Of a DNA stretch of 56,989 nt, positions 39,339 through 49,900 are shown piece after piece. A program made the position numbers and the translations under genes. Under the pieces are notes generated by a model. It did no database searches. It worked only from the letters and a program-made list of their open reading frames with translations, and had not been told where the DNA came from. Numbering within the stretch: the first letter of the stretch is position 1; each line of letters opens with the position of its first letter. Source of the DNA: a virus. Taxonomy: Duplodnaviria; Heunggongvirae; Uroviricota; Caudoviricetes. Location: IMG/VR virus record IMGVR_UViG_3300009095_001812, positions 1 through 56,989 of that record. One strand, given 5' to 3'.

Positions 39339-41468
39339 ATGGTTTGTGATCCATCATCAAATAATATTAATATTGCAGATCCTGGTCCAGGTCCATCTAT
39401 ACCAGGTCTTGGTTTGCCTTTTTCTGTACCTAAACTTCCATTTCCTGATCTTAGTATTCCAGAAGGTATACCGGAAGATCTTCTTGATCTTATTGAGAAA
39501 ATATTTGCATTATTTCCAGCGTCTATTAAGTTTATACCAAATACAGATGGGCTAACAAAAGATGTTTGGGACGCTCTTGCATCTTTGTTTAATCAACTTG
39601 CTCCATTTCTTGGTTTTTATAAATTCATCCAAGCACTGATGAATATCATTCTTTGTATTATTGATATTTTATGCGCTTTATTAAATCCATGGGCTCTTAC
39701 AAGAGCAATTACAAAATTGTTTAAAAGATGCTTGCCAGATTTCTTATCTCTATTTCCATGGCTTGCACTTATATTAATGATTCTTGCATTGATATTATTA
39801 TTAATTGCTTTAATTCAATATCTAATTCAAGTAATTATTGCTTATATAAAACAAATAATTGAAAACTTAAAGATTCTTGCACAATCAATTCAAAAAGCAG
39901 ATCAAGAATCGATTCTTGCAGCGGTGAACAAACTTGCATATCTTCTTTGTATGATAGAGCAATTATTTTCATTACTTCTTGCTATCGCAGCTATCTTTGC
40001 AGTGATACGTCCGCTTATGGGTATTTCAGGTAGGGGTGCTTGTGCCAAAGGTGATGATTGTTGCACGGATGATTTTTGCCCCACATTTATTTCTGGATCT
40101 TATGATGGAAGAAAGAATTCAACTGGTAGGCTTATTTATTACAACCAAGTTGTTCCTTCTTTTGGTGACAGTCTTCCACCTTTTTTTGCAAACCTAAATT
40201 TATCTCTAAGAAATGAAAGCTGGCAGTTTGTTGATGATGATCCGACTGATGATTTTAGATTTTTAGACATCATAACACCATCATCTGGGTATGGTTTTAC
40301 ATATTGGCCAGAGGGTGAGACGTATGATTCTGACGCTAATATTGTGAAGGTTCCGTATCTTGTAGATATGAATGTCTGGATAGACCCGGCTCTTTGGGGT
40401 AATCCTGCTGATACTAAAGGTAATAGACAGTTCAGTATACAGAATGTTATTGTAAGTAAAAAGCCTACTGTTTATCCAAAATCATGGAATGGTGGAACTG
40501 AATTTACAGATCCAATATCTGGTGCTTTTAGTTTCGTTGGAGGGGAGGTTTATGAATATAATGAATCTGGTGATGGTTACACAAGATATGTAATTGGTGG
40601 TGTACCAGCTACGATAGAAACTTTTATTCATCTCGATCCTCTAACAACAAGTCAAATACCATCAATTAATGATGGGTACAATTTCCTTGATGTTGAATAC
40701 CATTTAAGATTCAATACACCAGTTCTTGTTGATAAAAGACTGATTGGTCTTTCTTGTCAAGAAAGTGTTGCGTCTGAGTCTGCCGTACTTAATGCTGAAT
40801 TTTCTGATATTCGTTCTGTACTAGATAAATTAGAAGATGGTATAGGAAATGGTGTTACATTTACAGATCTTCCAGATGTAGATGGTGCTCTTGCATGTCT
40901 AAATACATCTCTATCAAAGTTTAGATCTAATCTTAATGAAGAGACGGCGGCTGTTTTTCAAGCGGAAGTTGAAGCGTGCTTGGGAGACTTGCTTGAGGAA
41001 TCTAAAGATTTCTATGTTACAGGAACTGTAATAGCAGCTGATTCCTACACTTCTGATTTTACACTTGATCCGGATTTGCAATTTGTAAAAAGTGACATCA
41101 TTCTGAATGTTGTTTTAAAAGATAAAACAGGTACTCAGCTTGCAGTCAATGTTGATGAAGATCTCGCAGCAAGTATTGCTGAGACCATAACAGCCAATGT
41201 GACGCTTGGTAATGTTTCTGATTTTGAATACGACGGATACGGTTCTTTTAATGCAATCGTAACAAGTGATGTTGCTGGTTCTGGTATGGCTAAAGCATAC
41301 CTCAATGGAGAGGTTTTATCAGAAGTTTTGAATAGAGACAATGATGATATTGATTCTGAGATTGTTGAGCGCGTTCTAAGTTATGAATTCATTGATAAGA
41401 CAGATTTCGTAGATTCAGACAAGAAGAGTCGCTACGGCGCTGCCGATGTGGCAGAGGATGGTAGATAA
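39339..41468 (+). CDS. Baseplate-region protein with long hydrophobic helices and C-terminal Ig-like domain
   Basis: Pro-rich N-terminus, hydrophobic stretches such as WLALILMILALILLLIALIQYLIQVIIAYI, Cys cluster, three DGY. Confidence 0.55.
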   Translation: MVCDPSSNNINIADPGPGPSIPGLGLPFSVPKLPFPDLSIPEGIPEDLLDLIEKIFALFPASIKFIPNTDGLTKDVWDALASLFNQLAPFLGFYKFIQALMNIILCIIDILCALLNPWALTRAITKLFKRCLPDFLSLFPWLALILMILALILLLIALIQYLIQVIIAYIKQIIENLKILAQSIQKADQESILAAVNKLAYLLCMIEQLFSLLLAIAAIFAVIRPLMGISGRGACAKGDDCCTDDFCPTFISGSYDGRKNSTGRLIYYNQVVPSFGDSLPPFFANLNLSLRNESWQFVDDDPTDDFRFLDIITPSSGYGFTYWPEGETYDSDANIVKVPYLVDMNVWIDPALWGNPADTKGNRQFSIQNVIVSKKPTVYPKSWNGGTEFTDPISGAFSFVGGEVYEYNESGDGYTRYVIGGVPATIETFIHLDPLTTSQIPSINDGYNFLDVEYHLRFNTPVLVDKRLIGLSCQESVASESAVLNAEFSDIRSVLDKLEDGIGNGVTFTDLPDVDGALACLNTSLSKFRSNLNEETAAVFQAEVEACLGDLLEESKDFYVTGTVIAADSYTSDFTLDPDLQFVKSDIILNVVLKDKTGTQLAVNVDEDLAASIAETITANVTLGNVSDFEYDGYGSFNAIVTSDVAGSGMAKAYLNGEVLSEVLNRDNDDIDSEIVERVLSYEFIDKTDFVDSDKKSRYGAADVAEDGR

Positions 41469-43177
41469 TGGTTAGTACGAGGCAAACTGTTGGAGAACAG
41501 CGTGCAGAGTCCGTACTGGATGATTTTCAAGGTATTGACCTGGATATCAACTCTTTGAAGACCAAGTTTATCAATCCTATTGATCGTTATAGAAGTCACA
41601 ACGCACCTATAGTGACTGGTAATCTAGATCAGTCGGAGTTGGCTTCGTCAATCAAAGTCCAAGAAAGCCGAGCGCATGCTTTTTACAGAATGCTTGGCCT
41701 TCCATCTATCGCTCCAGATGGAAAGTTTTTCAACCCTGGTTTTGGTCAAAGATACGATTCTATAGAGGCTAAAAGAAGAGATGATATTGTTAAATCAATA
41801 CCAGAATCTGTCAAGCAAATAGTTGCTCAAAGGGAAAGAAAGTCCAGAGAGAATTCTAACATTTTTGATAAATCTAGTACTGATGCTTCTGTTTTTAGTA
41901 TAGCCCTTTCGACCCCAAAGGGTCAGAAAAGGTTTGCCACATCAACACAGACATCAACTTTATCATCTTTGTCAGAGGGTCCAAAACAAACACAAACAAT
42001 TCCAGAGAGAAGAGATTTTATTACATCAAATTATAAAAAACGTGATGGAACTGAAATTACAAAAACATTCTCTACTGTAGAACATATTCTAGCACCATTC
42101 ATGACAGATCCTATTATCAATGCTAATGTTGATCCAAAATCAGGTTCTGCTGGTGTAATGATTGGAGCTTTGTTTGCAAATAAATCAGACCTTGAATATG
42201 AACCAGGAAAATATGTAAAGAGGCCTGGTCTTGAGTTTATCCTGAGACTGAGGCTAAGGCAGCAAAACATACTTGAGCAACAAATAGACAATCTCAGCCA
42301 GATTGATTTGGATTTATTTGGATACTGGACTGAGATAGGGCGAGAAAACATTAGAGAGATTGCGTCTGCGGTTGTTGGTCAAGTAATAGATGACGATGAC
42401 AGCGTAAAGATACTGAATGGAGCTGGAAATGTTGAACTTTATACTTTGAATGATTTGGTAAAAACACTCAAGGGTGTCGTTCATATTTATAGAAAAAGCA
42501 TAGAGAAAATCGCCGAGATTTCCTCTCAAATTATGTGGGTTCCTCTTTCAAATGAAGGTGGTCCGGAATTTGGAACAGAAGTTTCAACTGGTTTTGTAAT
42601 ACCAAAAAAGTTTATCTCATCCTGGACGTTAGAACAAAGAATTAGAAAATTAGAAAACAAATCATCCATTGCCAGAAGACAGTTAGAGATTGGAGAAAAT
42701 GAGGATAACACACCACTTACTTTTGGTGATTTTACAATTTCAGAATTTCAGAATGTTAGTAAGATTTACGATCTTCAAATACAAGATGAAAAAAACAAAA
42801 GAACCCAGCTGGAAGCTGAGGCGAGTAATGCACTTCGTACTGTAGAAATCATAGCTGGCGAAGTATCAGGACTAGGTCTTGTTGACATTTTAGCCATTTA
42901 TATAGCTCTTTGGTCTTTAGATATTTCTGTTTTGTTGAACTTGGTTGATGACACAGCCATTCAGAGAATAACCCAATCATCTGAATGGCAATCCATAAGA
43001 TCTAAAGATTTGATAGATAGATCAAACTCTATTGGTAATGCAAAAGACGCTTATGAAGCATTTGTAAACAGAATTTACAGCATATTATCGTATGCTGATA
43101 GGCTATATGATCGTGAACAAAGCTCACCAAACGAGCAAGAAGGCGGTGATATTCCAAGAGACAATTCTGGATTTTGA
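41468..43177 (+). CDS. Hypothetical baseplate-region protein
   Basis: 569 aa, translationally coupled (TAATG); partly helical or coiled; no motif recognised. Confidence 0.5.
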   Translation: MVSTRQTVGEQRAESVLDDFQGIDLDINSLKTKFINPIDRYRSHNAPIVTGNLDQSELASSIKVQESRAHAFYRMLGLPSIAPDGKFFNPGFGQRYDSIEAKRRDDIVKSIPESVKQIVAQRERKSRENSNIFDKSSTDASVFSIALSTPKGQKRFATSTQTSTLSSLSEGPKQTQTIPERRDFITSNYKKRDGTEITKTFSTVEHILAPFMTDPIINANVDPKSGSAGVMIGALFANKSDLEYEPGKYVKRPGLEFILRLRLRQQNILEQQIDNLSQIDLDLFGYWTEIGRENIREIASAVVGQVIDDDDSVKILNGAGNVELYTLNDLVKTLKGVVHIYRKSIEKIAEISSQIMWVPLSNEGGPEFGTEVSTGFVIPKKFISSWTLEQRIRKLENKSSIARRQLEIGENEDNTPLTFGDFTISEFQNVSKIYDLQIQDEKNKRTQLEAEASNALRTVEIIAGEVSGLGLVDILAIYIALWSLDISVLLNLVDDTAIQRITQSSEWQSIRSKDLIDRSNSIGNAKDAYEAFVNRIYSILSYADRLYDREQSSPNEQEGGDIPRDNSGF

Positions 43178-43186
43178 GGTAATTTT

Positions 43187-43618
43187 ATGTCTTTTGACCT
43201 AAAGCTTTTTGGAGGTGATCTTGTAATAAAAAACGGTGACTTTGAGACCGTTGAAGATACCGATAAGTTAGTACAAGATGTTCTCAAATTGGTATCAACA
43301 CAGATTGGTTCTAATGTGTTTTTTCCAGCTTATGGATCTCCAATGAGTCAGGCTCTTATAGGAACAGCTCAGGATCCTGAGTTTGCTGAAAATGTAGCCA
43401 CACAACAGCTGAGATCTTCTCTTGAGAGGCTTCAACAATTACAAAATGATCAGCTCAGATCGGGTCAAAACATAACTCCTGAGGAGCAGATTGCTGGTAT
43501 TGAAAACGTGAGGGTAAGTCAAGACCGTAACGATCCTAGGTTTTATATTGTTAATTTAACGGTTATCTCAAAAGCTTTTCAAAGAGTCCCTATTTCCTTT
43601 GCTGTAGCAGCTGTCTAA
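43187..43618 (+). CDS. Baseplate wedge/sheath initiator (gp25/gpW-like)
   Basis: DLKLFGGDLVI..KLVQDVLKLVSTQIGSNVFFPAYGS..DPRFYIVNLTV; 143 aa, directly before baseplate J. Confidence 0.82.
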   Translation: MSFDLKLFGGDLVIKNGDFETVEDTDKLVQDVLKLVSTQIGSNVFFPAYGSPMSQALIGTAQDPEFAENVATQQLRSSLERLQQLQNDQLRSGQNITPEEQIAGIENVRVSQDRNDPRFYIVNLTVISKAFQRVPISFAVAAV

Positions 43619-43693
43619 CCCCTTGAACCTGTGCATTTTTTAGCATTGGGAGAGTGGCTGGATATATGCTCTTTTGTAGCTTCTTGAGGTAAA

Positions 43694-46600
43694 ATGGTAC
43701 AGCTTCGAACTGCCAACGATATAGTCCTAAGTATTTTAGATTTTTACAGAACCGTCATTCCAGAGCTTGATCTGAAACCAGGCCAGGTTGCGCGTGATAT
43801 TCTTGTAGATGGCCAGGCTGTACAGATTGCTAGATTGTATGAGGAACTGCTTCGAGTAGAGGGTGCTCAATCCCTGTTACTATCTTTAGGTTCAGAGCTG
43901 GATGCAATTGCATCTAATTATGGAGCAGCTCGTCGACAGGGTTCGAAGTCTACAGGAACCGCACTTCTTACATTCAGTGAGATTGAATCAGACATTCCTA
44001 TTAGTAAAGGATCTATTCTTACCGCTTCGAATGGAGCGTCATTTGTTGTAACATCATCTCTAACTGTAAGCGTTATCAATAAGAACACATACCGAGCAAC
44101 AGCTCAGAAATATAGATCTGATCTTAATTTTGTAAATATTGATGATGAGTACGCTGTTTCAGTTTCAGTAGAAGCTACGACAATCGGAAATGGTGGAAAC
44201 ATATCTCGTTATAGTTTGACATCTACAACTATTTCGGGAGTTTCTGGAGTGACAAACCCATCATCATTTGCTGGTGGTTCTCCAGCAGAATCAGACTCTG
44301 CATTCAAGCGCAGAATTCTTGGAATTTTTAGTGGTTCAAACACAGGAACCGCAACTGGTTACAGAGATACTGTTCTAGCGGACCCTGATGTAATTGATGC
44401 TATTGTTGTAGGTCCAGGCGATCCTCTCATGACTAGAGATGGAACTCAGATATATACGGCAGAAGATGGTACAAAAACAATTACTTCAGAGGGTACTGGT
44501 GGTAAAGTAGATATCTATGCTTATGGATATAGGCTTCAGGAAATCATTGATTCCTTTGTGTACTTTGACAAAAGTAACAGGGATGACCCTACAGATGTTT
44601 CGAACGACTACGTTCTTGGTCAGATTGAAACCGATGAAGGCAAGACTGTCTCTCGTAAAAGGATTGATGACCTTGAGGCGCAAGAACTTCCTGACCAGCC
44701 TGTAACAAACATCTTGGATGTGTCTGGATCTTCTTCTGGTGCTAATTTCGTTGTAAAGAGCACAGACTCTCTTGGAAGAGTTACCGGAAATTATGAGCTT
44801 GTATATGATACAGGGGTTTACGCCGGCTCTCCATGGGGTTTTGATCGTCTTCGCTGGGTTGATGATAGAATCAGAAATCTTCCAGAAGATATTACAAAGG
44901 GTAAGTTCAATTCTCAGGACTCTACTGGTTTTGTAGATATTACAAAAATTTCTGATGTTGAACAGAGCATTCAGGTTGTCAATGAGAACTCTACAATTCA
45001 ATCATCTGACAGATCGATGATCCAACTATCGCATTATCCCATAACCGCTGTGAGTCGTGTATTCAATCAAACAACTGGTGAAAGATATATAGTTGCAAAT
45101 CAAAACCCAAACGGTGGAGATACCAATACAACTGGAAAAATTCAAATAACAGGATCAACCCTTCCTGCAATATCAGATATTCTTCAAGTAGATTATATCT
45201 GGATGTTCAACTATGATCCGAATTGGGATTTTGATAACCGAGTTAACTCTGACAATATCAGAAGCGCAGTTGATTCTGTAGATTGGGGTTATTCTAATGA
45301 CGTTCGAAGAGAAGAAATTGTCATAGAGGCTTCAGGTGATCAAAGAATTGCTCAGGTAACACATCCTGTAAACGCGGTGGTAAGTGTAAATGTTTTTGAA
45401 GAGGAGGCGAGTGCAACTGTTACTTTGGTAAGTAATCGTCTTGCCGTTGCCGTAAGCAACAACGTAGTAAATGTTATCTCTGTTCTTCGCGATGATGGTG
45501 CCGAGCTTTACAATACTGGTGAAGATGATGGTTCATTTAGTGGTTTTACAATTTATCTACCAACAGATACTGTAGCTCAAGTTGGTGACTCTGTTTCTGT
45601 TAGATATAATGCAGTTGATAAGTTTACAGATGATGGGGTAAGCGGAAGTTTTAGCTCAAATATTATAACACTCCCTGTTCAAACAGATGTTTCTGCGGGA
45701 ACAATTGTTGAAGTAAGTTATCTTGCGGATATTCGTCAACTTGTTCCATCAACATCTATTTCTGACTTGCCAATTTTCAGAGATGGAAATGGTTTTAGAA
45801 ACTCAGATGCTTCTGCTTTTGGAACACAACCAACAACTCATATTTACGAAGCATCTCCATCTCCTCTCAACAACTATACACCTCCAATTCAAAGAAACCT
45901 AAGAAGGGCTCCTTCTCGTCTTCGAATGACGATAGCGGGAACCATATCTCCTGGTGTGCTTACAGTTTCAGGAACTTCTATACAGGGTGTTTTTGATGGG
46001 GTGTTTACAGCAACTTCAAGCGGTCTGACTCAAGACTTGTCACCGCTTATTCGCTCAGCCCTCGGACTGAATAGCAATCAATCAATACCATCTAATGTTA
46101 GTATTATTAGAATTTCAAAGTTTGAAAGAGTTCAAGCCACTGGTTCTGAGGTAATAGCTGTTGAACAAGAGTTTGATGTTTTTGGTTATGAACTTGAGAA
46201 TAATGATTTTGCAAAAAAAGAATCCCTAGAAAATGTGGCCCTGACTAGGACGCAAGTAAGACTACCAAACACGCTTACAAATTCAGATAACCTTCCTCAA
46301 TTCGGTGAGAAGTTTAGAGTTACATTCTACATTGAAAAAACATCTGATGTAGAAAATGTAGCATTCTCTAAGAGTGGTACACTGTACACTCAAAAAGTTT
46401 GGGCTTTTGTTGATTCAATATCTGTCTCTTCTGGTTTTACATCTGGGTCTTCTCAGACAGCAACACTTACCGTTGCTCCTCAAAACCAACCTATTCAAGG
46501 ATCTAGATATACAGTATACTACGATTACATTGCTCCAAAACCAAATGAGCGTATTACAATTAGATATAATAAGAATCAGATTATATCTGATAATACTTTT

Positions 46601-46954
46601 ACCATAGAACGCACTAGACCAATTGGATCTGATGTTCTCGTCAAAGCAGCTGTACCAATATCTGTAGATATTAATCTTGCTATTGTTGTAGAGAAGGGTT
46701 TTGAAACATCAAGTGATGTTGTAAAGCAAAATGTTGCAGATGCAATTACGCAAGCTCTAAATGCTGTTGAGCTTGGAACAACTATTGATGAATCTGACTT
46801 CATCAATGTAGCTTATGGCGTGAATGGTGTAGATCGCGCACGTTCCCTTGGTTTCAACCGAACCGGAGAGATCGGACGAGTTCTTAGTATTAGCGCAGAG
46901 AAAAACGAATTTATACAAGCCAACAGTGTTGTTGTCGAAGTTGAAGAGAGATAA
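43694..46954 (+). CDS. Baseplate J/gp6-like wedge protein with internal insertions
   Basis: DLKPGQVARDIL, LDAIASNYGAARR, VEATTIGNGGNI, NPSSFAGGSPAESDSAFKRRI, GGKVDIY, C-terminal LGTTIDESD..VNGVD. Confidence 0.88.
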   Translation: MVQLRTANDIVLSILDFYRTVIPELDLKPGQVARDILVDGQAVQIARLYEELLRVEGAQSLLLSLGSELDAIASNYGAARRQGSKSTGTALLTFSEIESDIPISKGSILTASNGASFVVTSSLTVSVINKNTYRATAQKYRSDLNFVNIDDEYAVSVSVEATTIGNGGNISRYSLTSTTISGVSGVTNPSSFAGGSPAESDSAFKRRILGIFSGSNTGTATGYRDTVLADPDVIDAIVVGPGDPLMTRDGTQIYTAEDGTKTITSEGTGGKVDIYAYGYRLQEIIDSFVYFDKSNRDDPTDVSNDYVLGQIETDEGKTVSRKRIDDLEAQELPDQPVTNILDVSGSSSGANFVVKSTDSLGRVTGNYELVYDTGVYAGSPWGFDRLRWVDDRIRNLPEDITKGKFNSQDSTGFVDITKISDVEQSIQVVNENSTIQSSDRSMIQLSHYPITAVSRVFNQTTGERYIVANQNPNGGDTNTTGKIQITGSTLPAISDILQVDYIWMFNYDPNWDFDNRVNSDNIRSAVDSVDWGYSNDVRREEIVIEASGDQRIAQVTHPVNAVVSVNVFEEEASATVTLVSNRLAVAVSNNVVNVISVLRDDGAELYNTGEDDGSFSGFTIYLPTDTVAQVGDSVSVRYNAVDKFTDDGVSGSFSSNIITLPVQTDVSAGTIVEVSYLADIRQLVPSTSISDLPIFRDGNGFRNSDASAFGTQPTTHIYEASPSPLNNYTPPIQRNLRRAPSRLRMTIAGTISPGVLTVSGTSIQGVFDGVFTATSSGLTQDLSPLIRSALGLNSNQSIPSNVSIIRISKFERVQATGSEVIAVEQEFDVFGYELENNDFAKKESLENVALTRTQVRLPNTLTNSDNLPQFGEKFRVTFYIEKTSDVENVAFSKSGTLYTQKVWAFVDSISVSSGFTSGSSQTATLTVAPQNQPIQGSRYTVYYDYIAPKPNERITIRYNKNQIISDNTFTIERTRPIGSDVLVKAAVPISVDINLAIVVEKGFETSSDVVKQNVADAITQALNAVELGTTIDESDFINVAYGVNGVDRARSLGFNRTGEIGRVLSISAEKNEFIQANSVVVEVEER

Positions 46955-49900
46955 TGTCCAATCTTAGAATTCAAAACATCAATGCAGCGGACTCTCGAAC
47001 AATCAAAGTCAAATTTTCCAATAATCTAGCTCTTGATATTGGTCGTTCGAATGTTCAAGTAATTTCTGAAATTCCCAACGTCCCAGACGCTGAGGTTGTG
47101 GGCGTTTCTGTATCTAAAAACATTTTGATTATTGACACGCTACCTCAAACTCCATTCTCAAGATATAGGGTAGTTTTCCAATCAACTGACGGAGTTCGCT
47201 TCAGAAGTGAAGATGGTCGTGATTTTCTTATTGAAGATGGACGCTCTAATGTTAAGAAAGTTCTTGGTGCAGAAAATGATTACAACCCAACTAGATCTGC
47301 ATTTGTAAACTACTTAGGTGGTACCAACAGTGTTTACGATCTATCCAGAGAGACTGTTATTAGGGTTATTCTGAACCAAGTTTCAGACATGATCAATAGA
47401 ACCAGGGCAAGCATTCGTCAGGCTAAAACGGCAAACTATCTTGAAGTGTTCATTAAAGATGAGCGTAAGACTAGAAGGTTTGGCCCATGGGATAGGTTGA
47501 ACCAAGAAGGTGCTTTCGAGGTGACTCGTGTTGGTCTTGGACCAACAGACGAAAACCTTGCTGGTAGCATTTATTTTGATAGCTTCCCATCTGATCCTGT
47601 TACGCTACAAAGAGATGTTATATCTTCAGAAACACTAACTCTTGGTTTTGGTAGTGGAACATATAATGATCTAGTTCTAACTTTGAATCGCAAACCAGTT
47701 ACAAAACTAACATCTGTTCGATTCAATTATGAAAATGGTGATCATTACGATTATGATATTCGTTATTTTGGGTATAGAATAAAAGACCCAAAATATGATG
47801 AAGAATTTGCTCGAAGACTAATAACTCTTGATGATAATCAAGTTAAACTTAGTGATGAGTTAAAAGAGGATTTGTCGGTCGTAATTCCGAGTGGTGTAGA
47901 TACAATTACTGTAAGCTACGAATACAAATCTCTTGGAAGAGTTATTGATGAAGCATCTGTAGAGGTTGTTCAAGTTATCAATACGGTTAGAGATCCTGCT
48001 CCAGCAATCACAACCGCTTTTTCTTTAAGTAATGCACCCGTTGTAACCGCGAGTGACAAGATTCCAACATCTGGTGGAATTCAATTCCTTGATCCTTATT
48101 CAACTGAACCGTTTAGAACAACGCATCCAGCGTTCTTGAGAGAGATTCCATTCAAGGAAGGTGGTCTCCCAGTGAATGCTGGAGAGTACTCTGTTGATTA
48201 TGAGACAGGGCGTGTATTTGTTTACGGAGCTGCGGACAATGATGGTACAGGATCTTTCCCACCCGCAATGACATACAACTATAGAAAGACGTACGTACCC
48301 AACTTGGATTACACATACGTTCCAGAATTTAGGGACTTGGTTGCATCTCCACTTAGAGATTTGGTTGGAGAAGAAGCAAAGATCAATTATCTATATGAAC
48401 AGACATATGTTCCTGGTATAGATTATGAAGCTAACGTTCATGTAGAATCTAGAAATGAAAGGGTTGAAAACAGACTTGCAACAATTGATTCTATCTATAC
48501 ATTAAATTCTCCAATTACTGATGTTTTCAGAATTTACAACGAAACAACAGGAGAAGTATATTCTCTAAGAAGATTCTCTGACAACAAGATCTTCTTCAAT
48601 TCACGTACACCTCCAAAAATTACAGAGATTGAAAGAGAGCGGGTTACATTTACACAAGTTTTGAACGAGCCTCTGATTGTTGAACAAGAATTATCTAATA
48701 CATCAAGCATTCGTATTTTAAAGATAAGACTAGAGAATCAGAATATTATTTCTGGCACTGAAGATGTTATAGGTTCAAGTTTTAACTCTAGTGTTGTATT
48801 TAGTATGAGCGAGATTTTTGGTCTTGAACTATACTATGACGCACAAGAGCTTTATGAAGATATCAATATTGAGAGAATTGACGTAGGTAAGTATCAAGTA
48901 AATTACAGAGAAGGTATTATTTATGTTGGTGTAACTAATGCACAGTCTTTGAATGTTGGAACTGTTTCATACAGAAAAGCCATTATTAGTCCTAATAACC
49001 CTCATGTTATTTCTGTATCTAATATATATGCATCTATAAATGCAAATTTCGGTACATCAAAACAGTATGACTATTCTGGTTTTGGAGAGGGTGAGATTAT
49101 CCCAATTCCAACTTTAATAGATTATTCTGATGAAAGATTTCTTAATGAAGACATTACAAATCCATACTTGTTAGATAATAATACTATTTATGTATCTGAT
49201 GATATCAAAAGCATCAGGGGTATCTATGATGTGTATGATTTAAATAACAATGATGCTCCAACTAACTTTGCTGAAGCTTCTTTATTTACAGCAAATATAA
49301 TTACAATGGATACTGTTGGTATTCAAAAATCCACAACAACAGTAGTTGGTCCTGGACTTGTAATTGCAGTTCCATTCATTTCACCTGGAATTGTAGTAGG
49401 GCAGGTGACATCTATTGTTAGACAAACGGATTCGGTTCAGCTTGTTGATGGTTATGAAATCATTACTGGTAATGATATTACACTCTCAGGAAGCTCTGGA
49501 GCATCTGTTGGGGATGTTGTCACGGTTATTTACACTGTAGTTTTGAACGGAGCATCCACTCCAGTTGTTGATTACAACCGTGGAGATATGTATGTTGACT
49601 ACTCATATTTAGTTGATGAAATAATTATATCTTATGAGTGGGGAGATAACATAATTGATTGGCGTCAGAGTTCGGTTCTAGATGAAGGTGATACATATTA
49701 TGTTTCCTACACCATAGGGGCTTTGAGAAATTCACTTTTGGAGAACTTTGGTTCATTAATTCAGATACCAGAGCTTCAAGCGTTTGACCAAGATCTTGAT
49801 AGAGAAACATATAGAGATATTTTGCAAGGTGCTTTGCAAACATTTACAAAGGGACCGACAATACCTGCAATGAAACAACTCATTGCCCAGGTTACCCAGA

